DNA of 64,000 bases from Gemmatimonas sp. (GTDB taxonomy: Bacteria; Gemmatimonadota; Gemmatimonadetes; Gemmatimonadales; Gemmatimonadaceae), in assembly GCA_031414535.1 (NCBI GenBank), contig JANNVQ010000001.1:30744-94743 (forward strand), in the 5' to 3' direction. This document shows, piece after piece, positions 49,282 to 58,597 of the stretch (the first letter of the stretch is position 1; every line of letters starts with the position of its first letter). The position numbers were made by a program, and so were the translations under genes. A model generated the notes under the pieces. The model worked only from the letters and a program-made list of their open reading frames with translations. It had not been told where the DNA came from and ran no database searches.

Positions 49282-50958
49282 TCAGTACCGACCGGTGCGG
49301 TCGCCGAAGAAGAGTCGTACTTCTTGCTGCCGGAGGCCCGGGGGGGCGTTGAGTGGGACGCCTACCTCAAGGGTCAGCATTTGCTTCGCGCCGGCCGGTA
49401 TCGCGACCATGACCGATGCGCCCACCGCCGCGTACCAAGGCGACGAGCGGCCAAAGGGCGCATCACCAGCCCAAATGCGTCCGGTCTGCGACAAGAACGC
49501 AAACGCCACTTCTGCTCGGCGGGTCGTCAGTGGAAGCCGGTGCCGTTCCTCGAGTCCGATGACCATACGGCCGGCCCCGCCGAAATCCGTATTGCGGAAA
49601 CCGAGGAGGCCGGTATCATCCTCTCGCAGCGTGAGCTGGGTGGGAATCCGCGCGTTGCGCGTGGCCGTGCCCGCAAGCGTGAGGGCGGTCAGATGCCCTT
49701 CGTTGCGCTTCAGCGCGAGCGCCGTGCGCCCACTCGCGGCGGCCTCTCCCTCGGCCGCGCCCATTCGCGGTGAGCTCCAGAACGCACTCACGTTCCACCG
49801 CAGCAGTGCGTGCTCGTTCCCAATGGCGCCTGAGTTTCCGGCACCGTACACGTGGTCGGTCTCGTCACGTTGAAGAGCGGCGATGCCGAGGCGCGCGCTA
49901 AACCATGTGTCGTAGCCCAGCGTGACGTCCTCTGGAGCACTCAGCGCTCCGAGGCCGCGTATGGGGCGGAATCGGAGGCGACGGTAGCTCGCACCGACGC
50001 CTATGCGAGTGGCGTCGAAGACGGGGTAACGAAGAGCCACCTCGGGCGGCGGCGGAATGTCCACGGGTCCGTTGTCCCGAATCTGCACAACGCGTCGGCG
50101 TTGGGCTCGCTCCCAATCTAGGGTGCCATTCACGAACCACGGAGCGTTGTCCGGTCCAAGGCGCCGGCTCCCGATAAAGGCCGCGGTGCGTTGCTCGTAT
50201 TCGACGGTGACGCTTCGGAGGACCGGATCGAAGAGCGTATAAAACCCGCGGTTCGACGCGACCAGCGAGTTCCAAGAATTGCGTTGGAAGTTGGTGAGTG
50301 CCGGACGCTGGAGTCCAAACGACCAACTATCGACAAAGGGCCGCGAGGAGAAGGCGAGGTCGAGAATGATTGGTTGCCCAAGGAACTGCGGATTCTTGAA
50401 CTTCGCGCCCCACCCCACTTCGCCGCCGCGCCCCAGTTCGGTGAGCAGCCGAAACCCTTTGCCGGTGCCGGCAATGCTGCCCGTGCCGAGTTCGATGCCA
50501 GCCGGCAAGCCTTCCACGCCCCAGACTTCCGTGTAAAGCACCCACTCGTCGATTGTCTCGACGCGGAGTCGCACCTCGCCCTCCGAGTGCGGGAGCACAC
50601 GGATGGCGACATCGCTGATATACGGCTGCGCGCGCAGGACGCGCTCCGATTCCACGCGGCGCTGCTCCTCACATACATCTCCCTCCCGGAGCAACAGAAA
50701 TCGCTCCACCACTTTCGTCCGGGTTTGCGGCTGCAACGCAAACATCGCGTTGTTGACGACGGTCGCCACAGGGTCAAGGCGGGGGCCAAGCAGGGAGCGC
50801 CGGGCCCCGACGAACTCAATCGCTGCGATGGTCCGGCCGTCGCAGCGTTCCTCCGGAGCGATAGGCTCCAGCCTTTGGGCAACGAGAGGGGACGGCATCC
50901 CCACGACGAGCAGGAGGGCGGCACGGAGGAGGCACTGCGGGAACGGCGTAAGTCGCAT
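49282..50958 (-). CDS. BamA/TamA-like (POTRA plus beta-barrel) outer-membrane protein
   Basis: Signal peptide; TRTKVVERFLLLREGD....ESERVLR POTRA-like motif; amphipathic beta-strands; LLGF...FGG..R loop. Confidence 0.6.
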   Translation of the reverse strand: MRLTPFPQCLLRAALLLVVGMPSPLVAQRLEPIAPEERCDGRTIAAIEFVGARRSLLGPRLDPVATVVNNAMFALQPQTRTKVVERFLLLREGDVCEEQRRVESERVLRAQPYISDVAIRVLPHSEGEVRLRVETIDEWVLYTEVWGVEGLPAGIELGTGSIAGTGKGFRLLTELGRGGEVGWGAKFKNPQFLGQPIILDLAFSSRPFVDSWSFGLQRPALTNFQRNSWNSLVASNRGFYTLFDPVLRSVTVEYEQRTAAFIGSRRLGPDNAPWFVNGTLDWERAQRRRVVQIRDNGPVDIPPPPEVALRYPVFDATRIGVGASYRRLRFRPIRGLGALSAPEDVTLGYDTWFSARLGIAALQRDETDHVYGAGNSGAIGNEHALLRWNVSAFWSSPRMGAAEGEAAASGRTALALKRNEGHLTALTLAGTATRNARIPTQLTLREDDTGLLGFRNTDFGGAGRMVIGLEERHRLPLTTRRAEVAFAFLSQTGRIWAGDAPFGRSSPWYAAVGASVMVAIPAGAKQMLTLEVGVPLNAPPGLRQQEVRLFFGDRTGRY

Positions 50959-51024
50959 AAGCTTCCTAAATGTAAATGCACGCTCAAGCGTGCCGATGCG
51001 CACACTTCTCCCCTGCATTCCTTG

Positions 51025-52872
51025 GTGACCCCGACTCCACTTGGCGTTCTGCGCCACTATTGGCGCGTGGCGCGAGTCCAGCCGGTTCAGCTCGCTGTGC
51101 CGCTCGGGCTCGCGTTGCTCTCCGCCGCCTGCGAGGCCGCCGCGTTCGCGTTGCTGATTCCGCTCACGAAGTCGATCGGGCGGAACTCGGTGGAGGCCTT
51201 GGAGACGTCGCCGGCGCTCTCGTGGATCACATCGCTCGTGCCGAGTTCAGTCGCGACGACCGAGAAGCGCGTGGTGGCGCTCATCCTCATCATTCTCGGA
51301 CTCATCATCGCCGCACGGTCCGGAAAGCTCCTCTTCGACTACCTGCGCTCCGTGTACGTCGCGGGACGGACGGCGCGATACCGTGTGGACGTGGGCGCGG
51401 AGACCTTCAGCCGCGTGCTCAGCTTCGGACGTCAGTACTTCGACCGAAAGGCCATCGGCGCGATTGACGCCGAGATTGGGTGGTCCAGCTCGGTCATTCG
51501 GCTCTTGCTCGCCGCGGAGGAGTGCATCCGCTACGCGCTGTATCTCGTGGTCAAGGCCGTCGTGATGCTAGCCATCTCGCTCCCGCTCGCCATCGCATTC
51601 ACGCTGTCGCTCCCGTTCGTGAGTTGGTTCATGCGGTGGATCGACGTGCGCGTCAGCCGTATCGCGCACGAGAGCATGGAAGCCGAGAGCAAGGTCCGCT
51701 CACGCATCCTCGACATCCTCGGCTCCATCCCGCTAGTCAAGGTGAATTCCCAAGAGCGCGAAGCCGCGAGCACCTACATCGACGCGCTGCACGAAGCCAA
51801 GGACATCACCATTCGACGCGATCGCGTCATGAGTCTCCGGTATCCGATCGAGGAGGTCTTCATTCTCCTCATTATGCTCATGGTGCAAGGCGCCGTCATG
51901 GTCTCGGCCGGCAGTTTTTCGCCCGGGGACCTCGTTGAGTTCGGCGCCTTCCTGTTTATCGTCCAACAAGCGCTTCCGGACTTTCGGTATTTGAGCATGT
52001 TCCGGTCGCAAATTGCGGAGGAATGGCCGCGGCTCTCAGCCTTGGCGGGACTGTTCTCCGACGATGAGAAGTTCATCGTCCCGTCGGGACCGCGACCCTT
52101 CACGCCACCGCAGCGTGCAATCGAGATTAAGGATCTCTCGTTTGGGTATCAGCCCGGCGTGGACGTCTTGCACGGCGTGCACGCAACGATCGAGGCCGGC
52201 AAGGTGACCGCAATCGTGGGCTATTCGGGTGCCGGGAAAACCAGCCTCGTGGATTTGATTGCACGCTTGTACGACTGCCCACCGGGTTCGATCACCGTTG
52301 ATGGCGTGGACATTCGGGAGTTCGCGGTGGCGTCGTTGCACGCGCGCATGGCACTCGTGAGCCAGGACGTGTGGCTCCTCAATCGTTCACTCCGCGACAA
52401 CCTTACCTTTGGGCTGGACCGCGAGGTGCCCAACGATGAATTGTTGGTCGCGCTCGGCGATGTGGAACTTCGCCCCTTTTACGACGGACTCCGCGATGGA
52501 TTCGACACCAACATTGGCGACCGCGGCGTGCGCCTCTCCGGCGGCCAACGCCAGCGCCTAGCTTTGGCTCGCGCGCTCTTGCGCGACCCGGACATCCTCA
52601 TCCTCGACGAGGCCACGTCGGCACTCGATAGCGTAATTGAGCAGCGTGTGGCACGCGCCATTCAACGCCGCGCCGCGGGACGCACGCTCATCGTGATTGC
52701 GCATCGCCTCTCCACTATCCGCGACGCCGACATGATCCTGGTAATGGACAACGGCCGCGTGGTGGAACAGGGGTCCTGGAACGATCTCCTTCAGAGTGGC
52801 GGACTGTTGCACCGATTGCATGAAGCACAGGCGTCGGAGTCTACGGCCGCAGCGTCCGCCACGCGAACGTAA
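51025..52872 (+). CDS. MsbA-like ABC exporter (fused TMD and NBD)
   Basis: Walker A GYSGAGKT, LSGGQRQR, ILDEATSALD and IAHRLST; N-terminal TM helices; start approximate. Confidence 0.9.
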   Translation: MTPTPLGVLRHYWRVARVQPVQLAVPLGLALLSAACEAAAFALLIPLTKSIGRNSVEALETSPALSWITSLVPSSVATTEKRVVALILIILGLIIAARSGKLLFDYLRSVYVAGRTARYRVDVGAETFSRVLSFGRQYFDRKAIGAIDAEIGWSSSVIRLLLAAEECIRYALYLVVKAVVMLAISLPLAIAFTLSLPFVSWFMRWIDVRVSRIAHESMEAESKVRSRILDILGSIPLVKVNSQEREAASTYIDALHEAKDITIRRDRVMSLRYPIEEVFILLIMLMVQGAVMVSAGSFSPGDLVEFGAFLFIVQQALPDFRYLSMFRSQIAEEWPRLSALAGLFSDDEKFIVPSGPRPFTPPQRAIEIKDLSFGYQPGVDVLHGVHATIEAGKVTAIVGYSGAGKTSLVDLIARLYDCPPGSITVDGVDIREFAVASLHARMALVSQDVWLLNRSLRDNLTFGLDREVPNDELLVALGDVELRPFYDGLRDGFDTNIGDRGVRLSGGQRQRLALARALLRDPDILILDEATSALDSVIEQRVARAIQRRAAGRTLIVIAHRLSTIRDADMILVMDNGRVVEQGSWNDLLQSGGLLHRLHEAQASESTAAASATRT

Positions 52873-54241
52873 GGAGGCCCGCACCCGCAAGCAGCGGGAG
52901 GAGGGCAATCCACGGGGCCCCCATGCCAATCGCCCAGCCCGCACTTCCGAGACAGAGCAGTCCCGCCCCGGCCTCAACAAATACGATAGCCGATGCAGCC
53001 CCCGACGCCCGTGCGGACTTCGGAGTACGCTTGAACTCCCCGCCGAAGGAGCGAAGGCCAGCGATGCCCGCTTTGAGCAGCAGTGGTGCCATGCCGATCC
53101 CGATGGCAGCCGCCTCAATCTCGAGCCATCCACGCCGCCATCCCACCGACAGCGCCTGCCACGCCGTCTGTGCACCGAGGCCCACGAAGAAGGCGGTCAT
53201 TGGGAGATCGGCAGCCAAGAAGCCGACGACGGGGTGATACGAACGAGCCCAGGCAACGGGGCCTGCCGTGAGTGCCAGCGCGAGTAGCAAGATGGGGAAG
53301 CAATAACCGGTGACCTGCAAGCCCACCGTGAGCCGATCGCGCCACCCCGCGTGCCGCAAGAGGGGCATCGCTTTGCGTGCCATCTGAAACGCGCCGCGTG
53401 ACCAGCGGGCCTGCTGAATGCGCAAGGCCGCGACATTTGCCGGAATCTCGGCGGGAATGACCGCGTCGTAGTCGAACGCGAATCGCCAACCGCGAAGCCA
53501 CGCTCGCAACGACAGATCCAAGTCCTCGGCAAGTGTCTCCGCTGACCAGCCCCCAGCTTCAGCAATGACGCTCCGCCGCCAGACGCCCCCGGAGCCATTG
53601 AAGTGGAAGAACTGTCCTGACCGACTGCGCGCCAACTGTTCGATGGCGAAGTGTCGGTCTATCCAGAATCCTCCAGTCCGCTCAATCAGCGTACGCGGCG
53701 TGCCTAGCCCTCCCCATCGCCCCTGCACCATGGCGATCCCGGGGTCAGCGAACCAGGGGATCAGCTGACGCAGAAGGTTCGGGGCGGGCACGAAGTCGGC
53801 ATCGAGAATCAAGATGAACTCGCCGGTTGCAGACGACAGCGCGTCCTGCAGCGCACCCGCCTTGTACCCGGTACGAACAGATCGCTGAATGTGCGCCACA
53901 TCAAGCCCACGGAGTCGCAAGCGCTCGACAGTCGGCGCGGCAATCGACGGGGTCTCGTCAGTGGAATCATCGAGCAACTGGACCTGAAGAAGCTCCGGTG
54001 GCCAATCGAGCTCGCCAACCGCCGTGAGAAGCCGTACAACCACCGCTTCCTCGTTGAAGACAGGCAGTTGCACCGTGACGCGCGGTAAGGTGACTGGAAG
54101 CGGCGGTCGCGTCGGTGCCGCGCGACGAAGAGTCCAGGCGAGCCAAATCAGCCACGTGTTGTAATAAATCCAGCAGTACAACAACACCCAGAAGCTGAGC
54201 ACCAAGCCCAGCACCGCAGCGGCAATTAGCGAGAAATTCAA
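52841..54241 (-). CDS. Membrane GT2 glycosyltransferase, cellulose-synthase-like type
   Basis: VTVQLPVFNE, QLLDDSTD, GYKAGAL, DADF, FNGSGG.WR, TLAEDLDLS and QQARW. Confidence 0.9.
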   Translation of the reverse strand: MNFSLIAAAVLGLVLSFWVLLYCWIYYNTWLIWLAWTLRRAAPTRPPLPVTLPRVTVQLPVFNEEAVVVRLLTAVGELDWPPELLQVQLLDDSTDETPSIAAPTVERLRLRGLDVAHIQRSVRTGYKAGALQDALSSATGEFILILDADFVPAPNLLRQLIPWFADPGIAMVQGRWGGLGTPRTLIERTGGFWIDRHFAIEQLARSRSGQFFHFNGSGGVWRRSVIAEAGGWSAETLAEDLDLSLRAWLRGWRFAFDYDAVIPAEIPANVAALRIQQARWSRGAFQMARKAMPLLRHAGWRDRLTVGLQVTGYCFPILLLALALTAGPVAWARSYHPVVGFLAADLPMTAFFVGLGAQTAWQALSVGWRRGWLEIEAAAIGIGMAPLLLKAGIAGLRSFGGEFKRTPKSARASGAASAIVFVEAGAGLLCLGSAGWAIGMGAPWIALLPLLAGAGLLTFAWRTLRP

Positions 54242-54271
54242 GAGATCGTTCGGATGGTATGCTTTGTCGCG

Positions 54272-55237
54272 CTACGCCGTTCGGCGCCGCACCACGCGAT
54301 GGAACAGCGACAATTCCTGATCAAAGATGAACCGAAGCAACAAGCGCGACAACGAACGATGCGCGTGCAGGCCCTCGTACGCCTCCGGCGCGGCGGCGCG
54401 CAATTCAGGCAAGCGATGCCAAGGCACCGATGGAAAATCGTGATGCTCGTTGTGGTATCCCACATTGAGCGCCACGCGGTTCACGGGCCCGTAATAACTT
54501 GACGTTTCCTGCTCGTCGGTGGTAAGGAAATGCTCTTGAATCCAGCGCGCGCCAAGTGGGTGCAGGCCGATGGAGAAGAAGAACGACAGCACAAGATAGG
54601 CCATCGCGCTCGGGCCCATCATCCGCCACACCGCCACCGTGAAGCCGATTTGCACCACCCAGTTGACCGCGACCCAGCGATCCATCACGGCAATCTCGCG
54701 CGTGCGCGCCGTCCGGGCGATCTGGAAGAGCGGAAACAGCAGCAACCACAACGCCTTACCCACAAACCATTGCTGGATGAGGCGGGCTTCCCAGTAGCTC
54801 GGGAGGTCCGCATCAAGTTCGTGCACCCCTTGGTACGAGTGGTGCTTCAGGTGGTAACGGCGGAACGAAATCGCGCTCGGAAACAACTGTGGAAGGTTGG
54901 CGACGATGGCGGCCACCAGATTCATCCACCCGCGCCGGAACACAAGATTGTGCGCACACTCGTGTACCATCACGAACAAGGCATGGTCTGCAAAGGCCCC
55001 CACGAGATACGCGGCACCGAAAATCCACCACCACGAGGCATCGCGTAGCAGGTACGCGATGAACAGCTGCAGCGCGACCGTGCCCACGATGAGCAGGGCC
55101 GTGTACGGATTGCGCCCAATGAGCGCGCGCACCTCAGGATGCCGCTCCAAGATCTCTTGGGTGCGGCCCCGGTGTGGTTCGCGCTCGGTGGACCAAACGA
55201 AATCGGTGCGGGGCGGACGCAAGGGACTGTGGGGCAA
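54272..55237 (-). CDS. Sphingolipid delta-4 desaturase / C4-hydroxylase (DEGS-like)
   Basis: N-terminal DFVWSTEREPHRGRTQEILERHPEV (Lipid_DES-like); HECAH, RYHLKHH, LHPLGARWIQEH and SYYGP.N....NVGYHNEHHDFP. Confidence 0.9.
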   Translation of the reverse strand: MPHSPLRPPRTDFVWSTEREPHRGRTQEILERHPEVRALIGRNPYTALLIVGTVALQLFIAYLLRDASWWWIFGAAYLVGAFADHALFVMVHECAHNLVFRRGWMNLVAAIVANLPQLFPSAISFRRYHLKHHSYQGVHELDADLPSYWEARLIQQWFVGKALWLLLFPLFQIARTARTREIAVMDRWVAVNWVVQIGFTVAVWRMMGPSAMAYLVLSFFFSIGLHPLGARWIQEHFLTTDEQETSSYYGPVNRVALNVGYHNEHHDFPSVPWHRLPELRAAAPEAYEGLHAHRSLSRLLLRFIFDQELSLFHRVVRRRTA

Positions 55238-55267
55238 AAGGGACAGAGTAACGCCAGCTAAAGGGGC

Positions 55268-55924
55268 CTATGAACCATAATTCGTGGAGCGGCCGCGCGT
55301 GTCATACGCCGCGATGAAACACTCTCCACCCGACCAGTGCGGGCTTAAGTACGACTCGAACCGCGTGGGCGGATACCGTTCGAAGAACTCTTCGTCAAAC
55401 GTATGGAGATGATAAGCCAGACGCGTCGCCACTGGTTCCTTCCACGGAGCAGCAATGACCACGAGCCGACGCGCCGTGCTCAAAAGCTTCTCGAGCAATT
55501 GGCCGGGTTCGTCGGTATGCTCGAGCGTGTGGGAGCAGACGACCACATCGAATTGCTCATCGAGGTCAAAAACGTCGCGCACACGATAGTTGACCCTCGG
55601 AAGCGTAATTGCAGCTCGAGGGTACCAATGAGAGTTGTTGTCGATTGCCGTGACGGTGAAGCGCAGCCGACTCCACGAGCGGGGATGGAACACGCGGGCG
55701 ATCAGGTCAGACCCTGCCGCAGTTCGCGCCCCAACATCGAGTAGCGTCAGCGTCTGCTGTTCCGGGCTCGCCAGCTCCTCCTGCAGAACCCGACAAAGGT
55801 CAACGGCAAAGCCGATTGACTGAGAATCATCTCGAATGTGTCGCTGGCCGCCCGGCGTGATGGCAACCGCGGCGTGCAGCGCCCGGGAAACCCGCGAGAC
55901 GAGACGAAAGAGCGACGTTTTCAT
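55268..55924 (-). CDS. Class I SAM-dependent methyltransferase-like protein
   Basis: LLDVGA and FDVVVCSHTLEH. Confidence 0.7.
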   Translation of the reverse strand: MKTSLFRLVSRVSRALHAAVAITPGGQRHIRDDSQSIGFAVDLCRVLQEELASPEQQTLTLLDVGARTAAGSDLIARVFHPRSWSRLRFTVTAIDNNSHWYPRAAITLPRVNYRVRDVFDLDEQFDVVVCSHTLEHTDEPGQLLEKLLSTARRLVVIAAPWKEPVATRLAYHLHTFDEEFFERYPPTRFESYLSPHWSGGECFIAAYDTRGRSTNYGS

Positions 55925-56097
55925 GGTTGGACTGCGTTCCGGCAGGTGCGGGATAAGTGAAGTAGGCAGGTACCGGCTCTGCGCTCACCGTCAAATAGTG
56001 ACGCCGATCACGCGGAATCGTGCGCGGGGATGGGAAAGTAAGCAAATTTAGTGCACGCGTTCGGGCGCGCCGACCGCTTTCTCTTCAAGGAAGACAC

Positions 56098-57198
56098 ATG
56101 TCACCCAGTACCGTGCGGATCGCATTGCGCTCTGCCATCGTGGTCCCTCTCGGGCTGCTCGCCGCCTGCGAGATTCCATCAGATGCTCCAATCCTGCAGC
56201 AGACCTGGATCATCCCTTCCGATTCAATCACGGTCGGGGTGTCGGAGATTCTGCCGGCCAACGTCGCACTGAACGGCGGCGGTACAGCATTCGTGGTGAC
56301 GATTCCTGCACCAGCGGCCATCAACTCCACGCTCGGCGCGCTCTGCGCCCAGCCCGCCTGTCAGTCGAACGTCACGGTGGTCGCACCGGTCCCTGCCTTT
56401 ACGTCCTCGGGCGGCGCGCTCGGCACCACCGTCTCCTTCCCGGCCGGCGTCACTGCCGCAACGGTCTCGAGCGGTACGCTGAATCTGTCGGTCAACAACA
56501 ACCTCGGCTTCAATCCGCTGCGTCCCAATGGCCTCTCGGCGCCGTTTGGCTCGATTGCCATCACGATCACCAGCGGCAGCACCACCTCGACGACGACCTT
56601 CACCGGCGCCGCGAGCACGCTGCCGACCGGTGCGACGACGGTCCTCGCCGTCCCCGTGCCCACGGGCGCCTACACCGGCACCATCTCCGTATCGGCTGTT
56701 TTGAATGTGCCGGCCGGCGGCTCAGGAACGCTCAATAGCGCCAACGCACTCTCGATTGCCACCGCCGTCCAGAGCTTCACCGTCTCGCAGGCGACGGTTG
56801 TCGTGAACGGTGACGCTATTAGCACCGCCCCAACCGCCTTTGACCTCGAAGGTGTGGACTTCGGCGATCAGGTTGAGAGCGGCGCACTCCTGCTCGACGT
56901 CACAAACGGCTTAGCGGCCTCGGCGACGATGAGCGTCGCCATCGCGGCGCCGGCGCAGGGCGGTGCTGGTCCGGTGACCGTCACCAAGGCACTGGTCATC
57001 CCGGCCACGCCAACTTCAAGCAGCACGATTTCACTCAACAAGACCGAACTGCAGTCGCTCCTTGGCAAGACCAACGTCACCATCACCGTCACTGGGACGG
57101 CGACCGGAGCCGGCGCAGGCAACACCGTCACGGTCACACCCACCCAGCGCATCACGCTGCGGACCCGGGTTCGGCTTATCCTCAACGTGGGGGCCTGA
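56098..57198 (+). CDS. Thr/Ser/Ala-rich all-beta hypothetical lipoprotein
   Basis: Lipobox LLAAC; AAGGAAG ribosome-binding site; strong coding bias. Confidence 0.7.
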   Translation: MSPSTVRIALRSAIVVPLGLLAACEIPSDAPILQQTWIIPSDSITVGVSEILPANVALNGGGTAFVVTIPAPAAINSTLGALCAQPACQSNVTVVAPVPAFTSSGGALGTTVSFPAGVTAATVSSGTLNLSVNNNLGFNPLRPNGLSAPFGSIAITITSGSTTSTTTFTGAASTLPTGATTVLAVPVPTGAYTGTISVSAVLNVPAGGSGTLNSANALSIATAVQSFTVSQATVVVNGDAISTAPTAFDLEGVDFGDQVESGALLLDVTNGLAASATMSVAIAAPAQGGAGPVTVTKALVIPATPTSSSTISLNKTELQSLLGKTNVTITVTGTATGAGAGNTVTVTPTQRITLRTRVRLILNVGA

Positions 57199-57201
57199 GC
57201 C

Positions 57202-58500
57202 ATGACCCGCATTCAACTCACAGCCTCACGCCTCGCCGGCTCGGCTCTCGTCCTCGCGCTCGCGCTCTCTCCGAGCTTCGCGCAGGCGCAGGGAAATGCT
57301 TCCGCCGCGGCCACGGCCATGGGCGACAACTACACGGCCCTGGCACGGAACTTCAACGCGGTGGCGTGGAATCCAGCCAACCTCGGACTCTCGGGCAACG
57401 CGCGGTTCTCGTTCGCAATCTCGCCGCAGTTCGGGGCAGGAACGGGCCCCATCACGCTTCAAGACCTCAACGACTACTCGGGCCTCGTGGTCCCGCAGAC
57501 CGTGCGCGAGTCCTGGCTACAGAAGGTCACCGACAATGGCGGTCAGAACCTCAGCGGCGAATTTGATTTCACCCCAATCGCGCTGTCCTTTGGTTCGTTC
57601 GCCTTCAGCACCACAACCAGCATCCGGGCCAATGGCGATCTGCCACCGGCCGTCGCTGAGTTGCTGCTCTTCGGCAACGCGGGCCGCACGGGCGTCGCGC
57701 AGAACTACACGCTCTCCGACCTCGCCCTCGATGGCAACGCGACGACCAGCTTCGCGCTCGCGTATGGCCGCCGCATGCCCATCGTGCCAATCGGCACGCT
57801 AGCCCTCGGCGTCACCGGCAAGTACATGATCGGCCACGGCATGGCTTCCATGCGCGACAATGGCTCGACCATCACGTCGAACCCGATTCGCATCGATATT
57901 GACGCGCCGATGGTGGTGACCGACACCGCCGAGTACATGAACAACGGTAGCGGCTTTGGCTTCGACGTCGGCGCCACCTGGCAACTCGGCAACCTGACCA
58001 CCTCGGCCGTGGTACACGACATCGTCAGCACCTTCGCGTGGAAGACGGACAACCTCTACTACCTACCGGTTCAGGCGACCTTCGACCAGGACTCCAGCAG
58101 CAGCTCGTCTGAAATCCTTCCGCTCTCGTCGGCCTCGCCGGCGCTGCAGCAGGAACTGCGTGCCCGTATCAAGAACACAGAGGTGAACCCGACACTGGCC
58201 CTCGGCGTCGCGTGGACCGGATTCAAGCGCGTCACGCTTGCCGCCGACCTCCGCCAGCGCTTCGGCGATGGCGTCGAGCTTGGCCCTCAGACGCAGATTG
58301 GTCTTGGCGCCGAGCTGCATTTGATTCCCTTCGTCCCGCTCCGCGCCGGTATCACGACGCTCGGCGAGGGCGTGCGCTACAGCGCAGGACTCGGCCTCGA
58401 GTTTGGCGTGTTTAACCTGCAACTCGCGACGATGATGATGAACGCTCCGGGTCGCAACGATAGCGGCTTCGGACTCACGATGAGCTTCGGCGGTCGCTAA
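57202..58500 (+). CDS. Outer-membrane beta-barrel protein (DUF5723/TraF/FadL-like)
   Basis: Signal peptide; AMG....A......AVAWNPANLG, GSGFGFDVG and PLRAG. Confidence 0.65.
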   Translation: MTRIQLTASRLAGSALVLALALSPSFAQAQGNASAAATAMGDNYTALARNFNAVAWNPANLGLSGNARFSFAISPQFGAGTGPITLQDLNDYSGLVVPQTVRESWLQKVTDNGGQNLSGEFDFTPIALSFGSFAFSTTTSIRANGDLPPAVAELLLFGNAGRTGVAQNYTLSDLALDGNATTSFALAYGRRMPIVPIGTLALGVTGKYMIGHGMASMRDNGSTITSNPIRIDIDAPMVVTDTAEYMNNGSGFGFDVGATWQLGNLTTSAVVHDIVSTFAWKTDNLYYLPVQATFDQDSSSSSSEILPLSSASPALQQELRARIKNTEVNPTLALGVAWTGFKRVTLAADLRQRFGDGVELGPQTQIGLGAELHLIPFVPLRAGITTLGEGVRYSAGLGLEFGVFNLQLATMMMNAPGRNDSGFGLTMSFGGR

Positions 58501-58534
58501 GTCGGCTGGCACCAAAGGACCCAAGTAGGATGGA

Positions 58535-58577
58535 CCGGGGAGTGAGCGGATGGTCGCTCACTCCCCGGCTCTTTTTT
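58535..58577 (+). terminator. Rho-independent terminator
   Basis: Perfect 14-bp stem ccggggagtgagcg (58535-58548) / cgctcactccccgg (58555-58568), followed by ctctttttt, downstream of 57202..58500. Confidence 0.88.
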
Positions 58578-58597
58578 ATGTGCTACCCTTCTGGCCT

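Noticed and set aside
50191..51024. Long N-terminal extension of the ABC transporter in the ORF track
   Set aside because: It is antisense to the outer-membrane protein gene and Arg-rich without recognisable motifs; a high-GC shadow frame
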